This document shows, piece after piece, positions 9,381 through 19,104 of a stretch of 64,000 bases of DNA. The stretch is from a virus (taxonomy: Duplodnaviria > Caudoviricetes). The first letter of the stretch is position 1, and each line of letters begins with the position of its first letter. The DNA lies in IMG/VR virus record IMGVR_UViG_3300028048_000039, positions 280,581-344,580 of that record; one strand, given 5' to 3'. A model generated the notes under the pieces. The model saw only the letters and a program-made list of their open reading frames with translations, was not told the DNA's origin and ran no database searches. The position numbers and the translations under genes are program-made.

Positions 9381-10600
9381 ATTTCTTTATACCACTCAGC
9401 CCTTCGCTTAGTGACGTTCCTGATATCATACTTATCTTTAACTGTTTCATAAAGATTATCTGTCATCATTTTAACATATTCAGGATGTTCAACAAGCTTC
9501 TTAATTGCTTGTGCCCAGGCTTTATGCTTTTTAGATGGGTCAATTAACATACAATTTCCTTCAGGGTCAATCTCCCCGCCAAACTTAATGAGCGGCTTTG
9601 TTCCAATTGTATATGGGCCAAACTTAGTACAAATAACGGCAGTCTTAGTAAATCCACCTTCAATGAGTTTCAATTCAGACTTGACCTCGTTAAAACTATT
9701 ACACTCAAGTGGGGCAAAGAGAACATCAAGGTTACGATAATGCATTGCAAAGTCTGAAACGTCCTTAGTCCATTCCCTCCTGTATGGTTCATCTTCAACC
9801 ATAGGCCATTGAACACCTTTCATAAACTTCATAAGGAAGTCCTTATACATAGGGGAACAAATCTTGTAATTATCGGTACAAGTCTTTTCATAGGAATACC
9901 AAACTGACTCCTCTGGCTTAATTGGCCTCTGTCCAGTCATCTTTCCGTCCTTTCCAATAATATTTACCGTACCTCTAAGGTCATAACCACAAAGTACAAT
10001 CTGAATTTTATCTAGGATGTCCTTTCCAAGTACATTTACAACACCCTTGAATTGTTCCATATCCTTTTCGTGAGCACTTCCCATAACGAAACCAAAGCGG
10101 AGGCGCTTAGACGGGTTCTTTGTTGGTTGATACTGTTCCTCAGTAGGGTCAATAGCATTTTCAAAAACAAAGACATTTTGATTATACTTCCTTATCTTCT
10201 CGGCAAAAATTGGGGTTGTTGTTGTTACATAGTCAAACCTCTTTATATTCTCAATTATCTTTTCTGGAATACCAAGCGACTTATTTGTAAGATAAAGTGG
10301 GTGCTGAGGACCAACATCCCAATTATCATCGAGGTCAAGAACTGTGGTTATATTGTTTTTCTTGCAATAATCAAGAAATGCCCAAAAGATATTCATATTA
10401 GTACAAAGTCCCTTATGAACGTGAATGATATTATATTTATCAAATGAATGAAAGTCCCCCCAATTTGGAGAATAATTGATTTCAACATCAAATTCATCGT
10501 GAAATTCCTTATCAAGATGCACATGAGGGCTTACAGAACGATATAAGCCTACACCGAAACGGTCACTTGGCACCACTAAAACACTAATCTTTTCTGCCAT
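9359..10600 (-). CDS. Glycosyltransferase (GT-B)
   Basis: GVGLYRSVSPH, LDLDDNW, VTTTT, FENAID, APLECNSFNEVKSELKLIEGG. Confidence 0.8.
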   Translation of the reverse strand: MAEKISVLVVPSDRFGVGLYRSVSPHVHLDKEFHDEFDVEINYSPNWGDFHSFDKYNIIHVHKGLCTNMNIFWAFLDYCKKNNITTVLDLDDNWDVGPQHPLYLTNKSLGIPEKIIENIKRFDYVTTTTPIFAEKIRKYNQNVFVFENAIDPTEEQYQPTKNPSKRLRFGFVMGSAHEKDMEQFKGVVNVLGKDILDKIQIVLCGYDLRGTVNIIGKDGKMTGQRPIKPEESVWYSYEKTCTDNYKICSPMYKDFLMKFMKGVQWPMVEDEPYRREWTKDVSDFAMHYRNLDVLFAPLECNSFNEVKSELKLIEGGFTKTAVICTKFGPYTIGTKPLIKFGGEIDPEGNCMLIDPSKKHKAWAQAIKKLVEHPEYVKMMTDNLYETVKDKYDIRNVTKRRAEWYKEINKKGEN

Positions 10601-10716
10601 ATTATCTAATTTTTATAAAATAATTTTCTTTATGAAGAAGATATACTCATTTTTAGAAAAAGTAAAGAGAAAAATCTATTTAATAAACTATTTATATGAA
10701 AAAATAGGGTTTTATT

Positions 10717-11088
10717 ATGAAAAAAGAGTATATAGATTTCGTTTGTGCCTTGCATGGATACCTTATTAGGTCAAAGGAAATACATTGGAACACAAATTCT
10801 AATGCAGAGCACCTATTATCTGATGACTTCCATGCTGACCTCCTTGAATGTGAGGATAAGTTTATGGAATGCTGTATGGGTATGGAGGGAAAACATTTTC
10901 AGTTAGGCAAATTACTTCCAATGGTACCTAATGCTGAAGCGTTTATACCAATGTTGAAAGAATTGGAACGTGATATTCTTGATATGAAGAAGAAATGTAC
11001 TGCACCAACTGATGGTGGCCTTAACAATATCCTTGATGATATGTTAGAGTGTGTTAATAAGTACAAATATAGAGCAACACAGAAGTAA
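10717..11088 (+). CDS. Dps/ferritin-like four-helix protein (DUF5856-like)
   Basis: KEIHWNT..AEH..DDF....EDKFMEC Dps-like pattern; CTATTTAT at 10688. Confidence 0.65.
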   Translation: MKKEYIDFVCALHGYLIRSKEIHWNTNSNAEHLLSDDFHADLLECEDKFMECCMGMEGKHFQLGKLLPMVPNAEAFIPMLKELERDILDMKKKCTAPTDGGLNNILDDMLECVNKYKYRATQK

Positions 11089-11089
11089 T

Positions 11090-11737
11090 ATGAGGAAAAC
11101 TCTAATTATAACAGAAAAACAGCTTGATGAAATATGTGGCGGTAACGGTGCATACCTAGATAATCTTGCTATAAAGCCAGATGTTGGCGGTGACTTTGCT
11201 AATAAAGTTACTACTGGTGGTGAGAATAAGGAAGGCTATTCAAAACCACTTACTGGCGACGACTTTGTTAAGGATGTTGGTGCTGCTAATAACTGGAGGT
11301 TATACACTAGAAGTACATTAAACCGTGGACCTATGGCTGGAACAATGTCCCCTGCGGTATGCGAAATGACAAAGCGTGAGTGGGAAGAGAAAATTTTAGA
11401 GGCCCATGGAAACAAGAGACTAAATGATAGAACATTTGATGGCCAAAGTTATGGCGCAGCAACAGTTGCTAAGTGTAGAATGAATAAAGCCATTAAAAAA
11501 ACGGCTTCACTGGACCCAGAAACCAGAAAAGAGGGATTAAGGACACTTAGTAAAATGAAGACAAATGGTGTTAAAAACCTTGAAGCCGCACAGGGTCTTG
11601 ATAAAATCATACAAGATAATAAGCCAGAGGGTGAAAAGATAACCTCAGCACCTAAGACATATGGAAATAATGGTGCTCATAGTAAGAAGACTCCAGGTGT
11701 ATTCCTGAACGAGCATAAAAAGAATAAAATAAAATAA
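11090..11737 (+). CDS. Hypothetical protein with leader motif
   Basis: ATG at 11090 just after the upstream stop; MRKTLIITEKQLDEI. Confidence 0.7.
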   Translation: MRKTLIITEKQLDEICGGNGAYLDNLAIKPDVGGDFANKVTTGGENKEGYSKPLTGDDFVKDVGAANNWRLYTRSTLNRGPMAGTMSPAVCEMTKREWEEKILEAHGNKRLNDRTFDGQSYGAATVAKCRMNKAIKKTASLDPETRKEGLRTLSKMKTNGVKNLEAAQGLDKIIQDNKPEGEKITSAPKTYGNNGAHSKKTPGVFLNEHKKNKIK

Positions 11738-11749
11738 AAACAATATATT

Positions 11750-12118
11750 ATGCAAACTTGTCTAGAGAAAAAAGGTATTGAAGCAAGAAATGAAACTATC
11801 GTAAGAAATGATTATCTTAAAACAGATGAATATTCTGCAACACACCCAGATGCATTAAGTGATGGTGACCCTCAGGGTAAGGGTACTGGCCATGGTGGTC
11901 ATACTTGGTCTACTCCTGATTGTACCCGTCCTACCGGTATCAGTTATGCAAACTTTGATACTGAAAATGGTGGTGGTCTGTATGACATCGAAGGAAGAAA
12001 TGGCATTGGTGGACGTAATTTCCTCATGAACATTTCAGTTTATAATAAAAATAAGGAGTATGGCCCAAACTTAGTTGATACTGCACTTAACGTAGCTGAT
12101 GGTCAGATTAGGATTTAA
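11750..12118 (+). CDS. Gly/Asp-rich hypothetical protein (probable virion protein)
   Basis: HPDALSDGDPQGKGTG; lies in a late-motif operon. Confidence 0.65.
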   Translation: MQTCLEKKGIEARNETIVRNDYLKTDEYSATHPDALSDGDPQGKGTGHGGHTWSTPDCTRPTGISYANFDTENGGGLYDIEGRNGIGGRNFLMNISVYNKNKEYGPNLVDTALNVADGQIRI

Positions 12119-12948
12119 TGAGTTTATTTAAAGACATAGCAAAGCAAACCCTACTTCTTGAACTTACAGATAGCCAAGAAAGGGATAAGGACATTGAAAA
12201 CGCAATTAATAATGTCCTTAGGGTAAGAATTGGCTATGACGATGAACAGGGTGGCAAGGGTAAAAATCTTCGTTACATTCTTCCAGTTGCATTTGGACTG
12301 AGCAAGAGTGGAAATAAGGTAATTCGTGCTTACCAACCTTCTGGTTCATCAAAACGTGGTGTCCCTAACTGGAAACTTTTCCGTATGGATAGGATTTATT
12401 CATGGGATAATGGAAAAAAGACGTTTAAGGACTATAAAGATAAACTTATTGATTTAGGTTTGAATACACATGGTGATAATAGCATGACAAAACTATTTGC
12501 AATTACACCGTTTGCCAATGATGATGTACAGGTTGCTGATACAACAACACAAATTGGGCCAAATCCAGTTGTAAAGGCTGATATTAATCCTACAAATAAA
12601 TTGCAAAATCCAACAATTAACAAAGATAAAGAGAATTTTACTCCAAGCGGAGTAATAAATCAGCAAAAACCTATTGACAAAACCGCCCCAACTTCTTACT
12701 TTAAAGATAAAGCGGAGGCTCCTGATACGAAACCAGTATATAAACAGGATGTTAATCCACAAGATGTTCAACCTACAGAGCCTAATGTTGGACCTGAGAC
12801 AGGAAAAATTGAAAGTCCAGCAACTGAACCAGTTACAAGGGATGACATTCAGAACAATGAGTTTACAAGGACTTATAGGGACCTTACTGATAGGATGAAC
12901 AATCTTTATAAAGATAATGAAGAAGAAAACGAAGAAGGAGAAGAATAG
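12118..12948 (+). CDS. Stand-alone WYL-domain protein with disordered C-terminus
   Basis: IENAINN..RVRIGY....R.ILPVAFG....VIRAY....WKLFRMDRI is the WYL signature; LLLE at the N-terminus. Confidence 0.75.
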   Translation: MSLFKDIAKQTLLLELTDSQERDKDIENAINNVLRVRIGYDDEQGGKGKNLRYILPVAFGLSKSGNKVIRAYQPSGSSKRGVPNWKLFRMDRIYSWDNGKKTFKDYKDKLIDLGLNTHGDNSMTKLFAITPFANDDVQVADTTTQIGPNPVVKADINPTNKLQNPTINKDKENFTPSGVINQQKPIDKTAPTSYFKDKAEAPDTKPVYKQDVNPQDVQPTEPNVGPETGKIESPATEPVTRDDIQNNEFTRTYRDLTDRMNNLYKDNEEENEEGEE

Positions 12949-12951
12949 AAT

Positions 12952-13554
12952 ATGGGACAACTTTCAACACAAGAAATTGCCGCTGTTTTAAATAACAGGA
13001 CAGTACAATTAACAAAACAACAAGGTAGTCAGCCAAGAAGAGCAGCACAAAGCTTAGACGAAGATGCTGCTGTTGCTAGAGGTGATAAATTCCTAGAAAC
13101 ACTTGGTTTTGATGGTGACGGTGATAGTGAATATGCTTCACATCCAGTTTCCATAAATGAAATACAAGAAGATATGTCAATTAGTCAGGAAGCTCTTAAG
13201 AAGAGCAAGATGAATCCCGCAATCAAGAACATGTTAATGGAAACAAGTAAGGTGGAGCAGTCTAAAATTACTGATAACTTCAGTGGGGACAGGCTTAACA
13301 AGATGAAGGCCCTTATGAAAGAGGACGGAAGAAAGGTAAGTTCTGCAGGTTCATCTTCAATTGACTATAGTGTCATTAAGGCGATAGTAAATGAATGTTT
13401 AAATGAATATTTTTCAAAGAATAAACTTAATGAAAGCGCAAATCTTACCGGAGTAACAATTAAAGATAATAAAATTTCATTGGTAGATGGTAAGGGAAAT
13501 GTTTTTAGAGCAAAACTTGAATTTGTTGGAAATAAAAATGACAAAAGGAAGTAG
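12952..13554 (+). CDS. Hypothetical protein
   Basis: 200 aa; internal IDYSVIKAIVNECLNE...LNES resembles the leader motif. Confidence 0.7.
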   Translation: MGQLSTQEIAAVLNNRTVQLTKQQGSQPRRAAQSLDEDAAVARGDKFLETLGFDGDGDSEYASHPVSINEIQEDMSISQEALKKSKMNPAIKNMLMETSKVEQSKITDNFSGDRLNKMKALMKEDGRKVSSAGSSSIDYSVIKAIVNECLNEYFSKNKLNESANLTGVTIKDNKISLVDGKGNVFRAKLEFVGNKNDKRK

Positions 13555-13562
13555 AAGTGAAG

Positions 13563-13585
13563 ATGGGGTGAAAAAATCACCCCAT
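13563..13585. terminator. Bidirectional terminator
   Basis: ATGGGGTGA-AAAAA-TCACCCCAT between convergent genes. Confidence 0.75.
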
Positions 13586-13590
13586 TCTTT

Positions 13591-16500
13591 TTATACTTCA
13601 TATTCCTCAACCTCTTCTGAACGGTTTTCTACTGCATCATACAAGTCATAGAGTGTTCCAATTATAATATCTGGGTATTCTTTTGAAACAAAGTTTCCTG
13701 TATTTGGGTCAACATCAACAATTCTCTCCAACTCAGCAGGAAGTTCTCCTTCCTCAATCTTTTCAAGGCCCTCACTTGTAAGTCCATCAAGGAACTTGTT
13801 GAATGCGTTACGGATACTCTCTATTCCAAGGTCCTTCTCCCTCTGAATACGTGCATCATAATCGTTTACAATCTTTTCCCAATCCATACCACATTCTTTT
13901 AAGAATGGAATTTCCCATTGTGGATGATTTTTCCAAAATCTAATCTCCTTATCCTCCATTGTCATGAGTTGTTCGTATGTATCCTGGTCACTTGCCTTGT
14001 TAGGATAACCACCGCAAAGCTCACATTCTTCCTTTGTAAAATATTTTCTCTCGTCTGGCTTTGCTACTAATATATTATTTCTAACTTCTGGCTTAAAACA
14101 TACTAACAATGGTGTAATTCTCTTATTAAACTGGTCGATGTACTTTGGAACATTATATTCCTGACCTTCCTCACATAATACATCATTATCGATATCAATA
14201 ATATTTTGTGGAACAAGCTCGCAATTAAGTATTATTTCTTCTTCAATACTAACATCTGGATGATGCTTCTTCACAAAGTCATTAAATGATAACTTCTTTC
14301 CATCTGGAGCTAGCTTACCATCAACATTATCTTTTTTCCATTCCTTTTCTAACGTCGTCCTAACATCCTTCTTTTCATTGAAAAGTCCATCGCCACTCTT
14401 GAAATAATGCGTAACCTTCTTTACATCAGCCTGTGACTTCGATTTACCAGTGTTGATGTAATAAACGACCTCGCCCATATTAGCATTGACGTTATTCTTC
14501 AATAATAGTTCCATCCAAGCCTGTCTTGACTTTGGTCTGCCTGCCTTTGTAATTGTTTTACAATCTTCAACATATTCCTTAAGCGTTTTTTTAACTTTAC
14601 CCTTTGAAGCTATCTGTTTCAACGGAATTTGATAATTGTAAATTTTCTCAATATAAGCATAATACTCGTCTATAAATTCCTGACCCTTATTTTGAAGAAG
14701 AAGTCGCACACCTTTATTAATAAAGTTCTCAATATAAACTGGCATCTTCTTACTCTTAACTGTATTTCCCACAATTTTAACGTCCTTCGGAAATGGCTTC
14801 TCTGGGAAGTAATCAATATAGTTCTTTCTTGAGATATTCAATGAACCTGCAATCTTTTCGTCAAGACCACAACCCATCTTATTAATACCTTTCGGACTAT
14901 AATGTTTATCACACATATAAATGTCATTAAATTCCGCAAGGTCAGCCTCGAATTCTGTATATTCCTTACCTTCCTTTGTTTCCCTCGAAAGACCTGGGCT
15001 TACATATGGATGTTCCTTTGTATATCTATACTTTTCTGGTAATCTAAAGTTAAAACCATCGGTATCACCAACAATTGGTTCATAATTATATTCTTCACCT
15101 AATCCATTATCAGTTCCAAGTTTTGCAAAATGACTAATCATAAGCCTCAGTGACTGTCTTCCCGTACAAGTTGTACGTTCTGCGCAATCCACAGATTTCC
15201 ACGGATAAACCGAGCCTACATTACTACCATAAGAACCAAAGAACGAGTTACAAAATACCTTTCTAACTGCCTGCATATTATCTGCAACAGCATAATCACT
15301 CAATGCTTTGTCATAATCAGCCTGTTCTTCGGCAGTTAACTTCTCCCCACTGTTCATTTTTTCTTCATATTTTTCAACAATCTTGTTTGCCGCCTTCTTC
15401 AGTCCCTTATAATGCTCTCTTGATGTCAAGAAAAAGTTCAAGAATTTCAAGGTTGCACCAGAAATATCCTTTGTATCCTCAATTCCCCAAGTTAAGATAA
15501 TTGACGGGTAAAGTGAGTTATAATCAAGTTTTACAAGGCCCCTACTACCAGTACTTCCAACCTTTAAAAGTCTTGAAAGACCACCAGTGAATGCGCCTGT
15601 ATTCTCAGAATATGGAATTGCTAAGTTATTTTCATAACTCCATGCAAGCATCAATGCTTTCCACTGACCTGCGGTTCCCATTGTACAACACTTCTGAAAC
15701 GGTAATGGAAGACATTTACAAATGTTAAATGCACTCTGATTAAGTGCTAACTCAACCTTATCGCACTCCCAAAGGTCATCAAGAAGATAACGCTCTACAA
15801 TATATCTTCCAGTCTTAAGAACATAGCCCTCAGCTAAATTATTAAATATTGGGATAAAGTTTCTCTTTGTTTTCCCATCAAATGAAAAACTTTTTTCGCA
15901 ATTTTCATCTAAAAGATACCAATCACCATTATCATTATTAAATGCATAATGTGAAACATTATCATTAAATACACTTGAAATTTTAGCACCCGGAACATAC
16001 ACACGATTGTCCTTTTTAAGGTCAAGATATGCCGTTGCATATTTCAAATTTGCCTCTTTAAAGTTTGAATCCACTGCCTGTGCCCTTCTCACTGCATGAA
16101 GTGAATCTGTTATCACTGTATATGGAACGATTGTTTGATGAAAAGTTTCTACCTCGCCACCAAGTTTGAGAATTGTTTCTTTATCATTCTTCACAATTCC
16201 CCTTCCATCAAAATATTTTTTTGAAAGGTCCTCCAATGTTGTTCCAAGACGTTTGCAAGCACCAATAATCAAGTTCCAGTCGAATGCCTCTCCATTATGT
16301 GCTGTAATAATATCTGGCTTAAACGTATAAATTATTTTCAAGAATGTTTCTATATTTTTCAACTCAGAAGCATCCTTTTCTTCCTTAGTTTCACCTTCAG
16401 TTGTATAAATCTTCTCAAAAATATACTTTTTACCGTGATAGATTACTGGACGATTAAACCTTATACCAAACTGTTCTATTCTATCTTTTTCAGTATTAAG

Positions 16501-17067
16501 ACCTGTTGACTCCAAGTCAAATACCATTCTTAAAAGTTGGTCATAATCTTCAAGACCCTTGAAAAATCTCTTTCCTGTTGATATTAAAAACTGTTCCTGA
16601 GGTGTAACACAAAGATATTGTTTACTATCGCTCTTTTTATCTTTCTTATCTGAATAAACTGGGTTCCTTGCTTCACGAAAAAATGATAGGAAGTCTGAAT
16701 AACTCATTGGCCCTAATGCAAAAAACATAAAAGTATAACCATTGAGAATTTCCGGCACAACCTCACCCTCTGTATTTGTTGTATCAAGTGCCTTTACTCC
16801 AATTCTCTTTCTCCTCATAAGGTCCTTGAGTTCTTCTCTATCACCATCACATAACTTTACACACGCACTCTTCTTTGCCCAGAGAAATGGGATAAATGGA
16901 TGCGTTGTCATACATTTTTCATCATTTTCATTGCGATAATATACTTTTATGAAGTCGTCTTTATAAGAATATTCAAGATTGACAATCCCCTTCTGAGGGT
17001 CATTACCCTCGATAAATGAGTTTATAACATTTGTTGTTATTTCTTTTTTAATAAATTTTTGTGGCAT
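13591..17067 (-). CDS. Family B DNA polymerase
   Basis: ExoI FDLESTG, ExoII HNGEAFDW, ExoIII YLLDD; polymerase motifs LDYNSLYPS, KVFCNSFFG, GDTDG. Confidence 0.93.
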   Translation of the reverse strand: MPQKFIKKEITTNVINSFIEGNDPQKGIVNLEYSYKDDFIKVYYRNENDEKCMTTHPFIPFLWAKKSACVKLCDGDREELKDLMRRKRIGVKALDTTNTEGEVVPEILNGYTFMFFALGPMSYSDFLSFFREARNPVYSDKKDKKSDSKQYLCVTPQEQFLISTGKRFFKGLEDYDQLLRMVFDLESTGLNTEKDRIEQFGIRFNRPVIYHGKKYIFEKIYTTEGETKEEKDASELKNIETFLKIIYTFKPDIITAHNGEAFDWNLIIGACKRLGTTLEDLSKKYFDGRGIVKNDKETILKLGGEVETFHQTIVPYTVITDSLHAVRRAQAVDSNFKEANLKYATAYLDLKKDNRVYVPGAKISSVFNDNVSHYAFNNDNGDWYLLDENCEKSFSFDGKTKRNFIPIFNNLAEGYVLKTGRYIVERYLLDDLWECDKVELALNQSAFNICKCLPLPFQKCCTMGTAGQWKALMLAWSYENNLAIPYSENTGAFTGGLSRLLKVGSTGSRGLVKLDYNSLYPSIILTWGIEDTKDISGATLKFLNFFLTSREHYKGLKKAANKIVEKYEEKMNSGEKLTAEEQADYDKALSDYAVADNMQAVRKVFCNSFFGSYGSNVGSVYPWKSVDCAERTTCTGRQSLRLMISHFAKLGTDNGLGEEYNYEPIVGDTDGFNFRLPEKYRYTKEHPYVSPGLSRETKEGKEYTEFEADLAEFNDIYMCDKHYSPKGINKMGCGLDEKIAGSLNISRKNYIDYFPEKPFPKDVKIVGNTVKSKKMPVYIENFINKGVRLLLQNKGQEFIDEYYAYIEKIYNYQIPLKQIASKGKVKKTLKEYVEDCKTITKAGRPKSRQAWMELLLKNNVNANMGEVVYYINTGKSKSQADVKKVTHYFKSGDGLFNEKKDVRTTLEKEWKKDNVDGKLAPDGKKLSFNDFVKKHHPDVSIEEEIILNCELVPQNIIDIDNDVLCEEGQEYNVPKYIDQFNKRITPLLVCFKPEVRNNILVAKPDERKYFTKEECELCGGYPNKASDQDTYEQLMTMEDKEIRFWKNHPQWEIPFLKECGMDWEKIVNDYDARIQREKDLGIESIRNAFNKFLDGLTSEGLEKIEEGELPAELERIVDVDPNTGNFVSKEYPDIIIGTLYDLYDAVENRSEEVEEYEV

Positions 17068-17101
17068 AAATTAACTTTCCTTTTTTTTATCTTATTTTTC
17101 C

Positions 17102-17142
17102 ATCCTAAATCACTTAGGATATTTTCTCCGATGGTAAATATA
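17102..17142 (-). promoter_or_regulatory. polB promoter element TATATTTACCATCGGA and leader hairpin
   Basis: 16-mer at 17127-17142 is identical to 59691-59706; hairpin ATCCTAA-5nt-TTAGGAT at 17102-17120. Confidence 0.6.
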
Positions 17143-17155
17143 CAAAAGTTTTAAG

Positions 17156-17194
17156 AAAAAAACAAGCCCAGCCACGAAAAACATGACTGGACTT
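17156..17194 (-). terminator. Intrinsic terminator
   Basis: AAGTCCAGTCATG-TTTTT-CGTGGCTGGGCTT then a T tract (minus strand; G-U pairs). Confidence 0.65.
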
Positions 17195-17239
17195 TGAAAA
17201 GTATTATTTTCACAACAAAACCATGGCTGTACCCATAAT

Positions 17240-17626
17240 TTATTTTCTAAATTTCCATTGATATAATGCCAATTTTTTTTCAATTTCTTCCATTTCTTCC
17301 CCAAAATACATTGCCAACCTCCCAAATTCTGGGTATTCCTCAAGATTTTCAATATCAATCCATGCGAGCGGAAAAATCTTATATGTTGTATATTCCATAG
17401 AATAACAAGTCGTTTCTTGAAATGTCTTAAGCGGTAAGTCAGTCTTAACACGATAGACAGTTGAATAAGTTGTCTGGTCGGGAGTAATGTCACCTAATGA
17501 TGAAGGGTTTACTTCGTCCCAGAATGGTCCCCAAACGTACTCAGGGGTGTCTGAAAAGAAGAAATCGTACTCATAAGTACCATCAGTATCCTTGCAAATT
17601 GGCTTTATGTATGCTAATACACTCAT
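17240..17626 (-). CDS. Acidic hypothetical protein, paralog of 17626-18090
   Basis: LAYIKPI...DGTYEYDFFFS..EYVWG. Confidence 0.75.
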   Translation of the reverse strand: MSVLAYIKPICKDTDGTYEYDFFFSDTPEYVWGPFWDEVNPSSLGDITPDQTTYSTVYRVKTDLPLKTFQETTCYSMEYTTYKIFPLAWIDIENLEEYPEFGRLAMYFGEEMEEIEKKLALYQWKFRK

Positions 17627-18090
17627 TATTCTTCAAAATTTTCATCTGGTATAGAATCAATGAGGTCGTCAATGGCTGTATCATCACCCTTTTCAACTTC
17701 CTCAAAGTCAGTTAATTCAATTCCAACCTTATTAAGCTTCTCTTTTACTGTGTCAATTGGTTCTCCAAACCTTAAGAAGAACGGAACATCATCAATTGAG
17801 AGTCCGTCTTTCTTAATTTCAGAAAATATTAATGGGGTAAGCCCATCAATACAATCTTGAATGGAGAAACAAAAACTTTTCTTTGCAATAATCATTTCAC
17901 AAGGAAAAATAGCTCTAGCTGTCAATGAAAGACAATTTTTCTCAGGACGAAGGTCAGGAATAATGACAGATGGGACAACGTTAAAGAAGTCACCCCATAC
18001 AACATCAGTATCTTCAGTGAAGTCAAACCTGTAAAGATACTTTCCGTCAACTGTCCGTCCTATTTCATCAACAAATGCTAAATATTCCAT
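17626..18090 (-). CDS. Acidic hypothetical protein, paralog of 17240-17626
   Basis: LAFVDEIG..DGKYLYRFDFT..DVVWG. Confidence 0.75.
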   Translation of the reverse strand: MEYLAFVDEIGRTVDGKYLYRFDFTEDTDVVWGDFFNVVPSVIIPDLRPEKNCLSLTARAIFPCEMIIAKKSFCFSIQDCIDGLTPLIFSEIKKDGLSIDDVPFFLRFGEPIDTVKEKLNKVGIELTDFEEVEKGDDTAIDDLIDSIPDENFEE

Positions 18091-18094
18091 ATCC

Positions 18095-18760
18095 TTATAC
18101 TGGTTGTTCTGGTTGCATTATACCAATAAATTCTCCAGGAGTTATAACGTGCATAACAGTATCCCTAATTGTCTTTGATGAAAATACTTGATAGAAGTTG
18201 TAGTCAGCCTTAGGTGGATAATATAGGTCATTTGAGTCACCATCATATTGGAGTATGCCACAGCCACAGTCGGTATCGACAACAAAGTAAGTTATATTCT
18301 GTTCTCTCAGCATCGGAATAACTTTCCATACACTTCCGTTCCAAACAAGAGTATGTCTATTCTCGTCCTGAGCATCTTCATCAGCAGGAAGGCAGTCATG
18401 GACTACAATACAACCACCCTTATTAAGGTGTTTAAAACTGTTTATAATATCTCTAGACACCTGTTCCTCAAAGTGAAGTCCATCAATGAAAATGATGTCA
18501 TATTTCTTATCTGGAGGACACATTTCAAAAAACTCGTCAGATGTCATCTTATATGTAAGAATATTGTCCTCTATATATTTCTTGATTGACAGGTCATATC
18601 CACAGTCATTACCAATATTAGGCTCATAAGGGTCCACACACTCTTTATATTTGCAGTTAATCCTCATAAAGTTGAACTCAGGCTCTGCAATACCTATCTC
18701 AAGATAAGATTGATAGTTAAACTTGTCAATCAACATGTTAATGATGTCGGTTCTTTCCAT
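18095..18760 (-). CDS. Class I SAM-dependent methyltransferase (Methyltransf_24-like)
   Basis: YLEIGI, MTSDEFF, YDIIFIDGLH, GGCIVVHDCLP, WNGSVWK. Confidence 0.85.
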   Translation of the reverse strand: MERTDIINMLIDKFNYQSYLEIGIAEPEFNFMRINCKYKECVDPYEPNIGNDCGYDLSIKKYIEDNILTYKMTSDEFFEMCPPDKKYDIIFIDGLHFEEQVSRDIINSFKHLNKGGCIVVHDCLPADEDAQDENRHTLVWNGSVWKVIPMLREQNITYFVVDTDCGCGILQYDGDSNDLYYPPKADYNFYQVFSSKTIRDTVMHVITPGEFIGIMQPEQPV

Positions 18761-18763
18761 AAT

Positions 18764-19027
18764 TTATGCTTTTTTAAAATCTAATATTCCTAACTCCCAA
18801 TCCTTAAATTTAGCACGATACTGTGATTGGTAAGTAACACCAAACCCTACATTAGCAGTAAAGGCGCAATAAAATTCATTTCCCTTATTATACATATACC
18901 TCTTATCTGGAATATGTGGAGAAGCATAATATTCTCCATGTTTAAAGTAAAAATTCCTTTTTCTCCAACCTTTAATAGCCATAAGCCATTTTAATGCATA
19001 ATATTTAAATGCTCTACTCCGTTTCAT
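18764..19027 (-). CDS. Small basic hypothetical protein
   Basis: 87 aa ORF in the operon. Confidence 0.55.
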   Translation of the reverse strand: MKRSRAFKYYALKWLMAIKGWRKRNFYFKHGEYYASPHIPDKRYMYNKGNEFYCAFTANVGFGVTYQSQYRAKFKDWELGILDFKKA

Positions 19028-19104
19028 TTTTATTGATACTTGTTTTATTTATTTTTCATCTTCTTTCTTAATAATTTTATTAATATTTAGCTCCTTTGTC
19101 AAGA

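Noticed and set aside
13591-17067. Intron or intein in polB or nrdD
   Set aside because: Continuous ORFs with normally spaced motifs and no splicing blocks in the visible parts.
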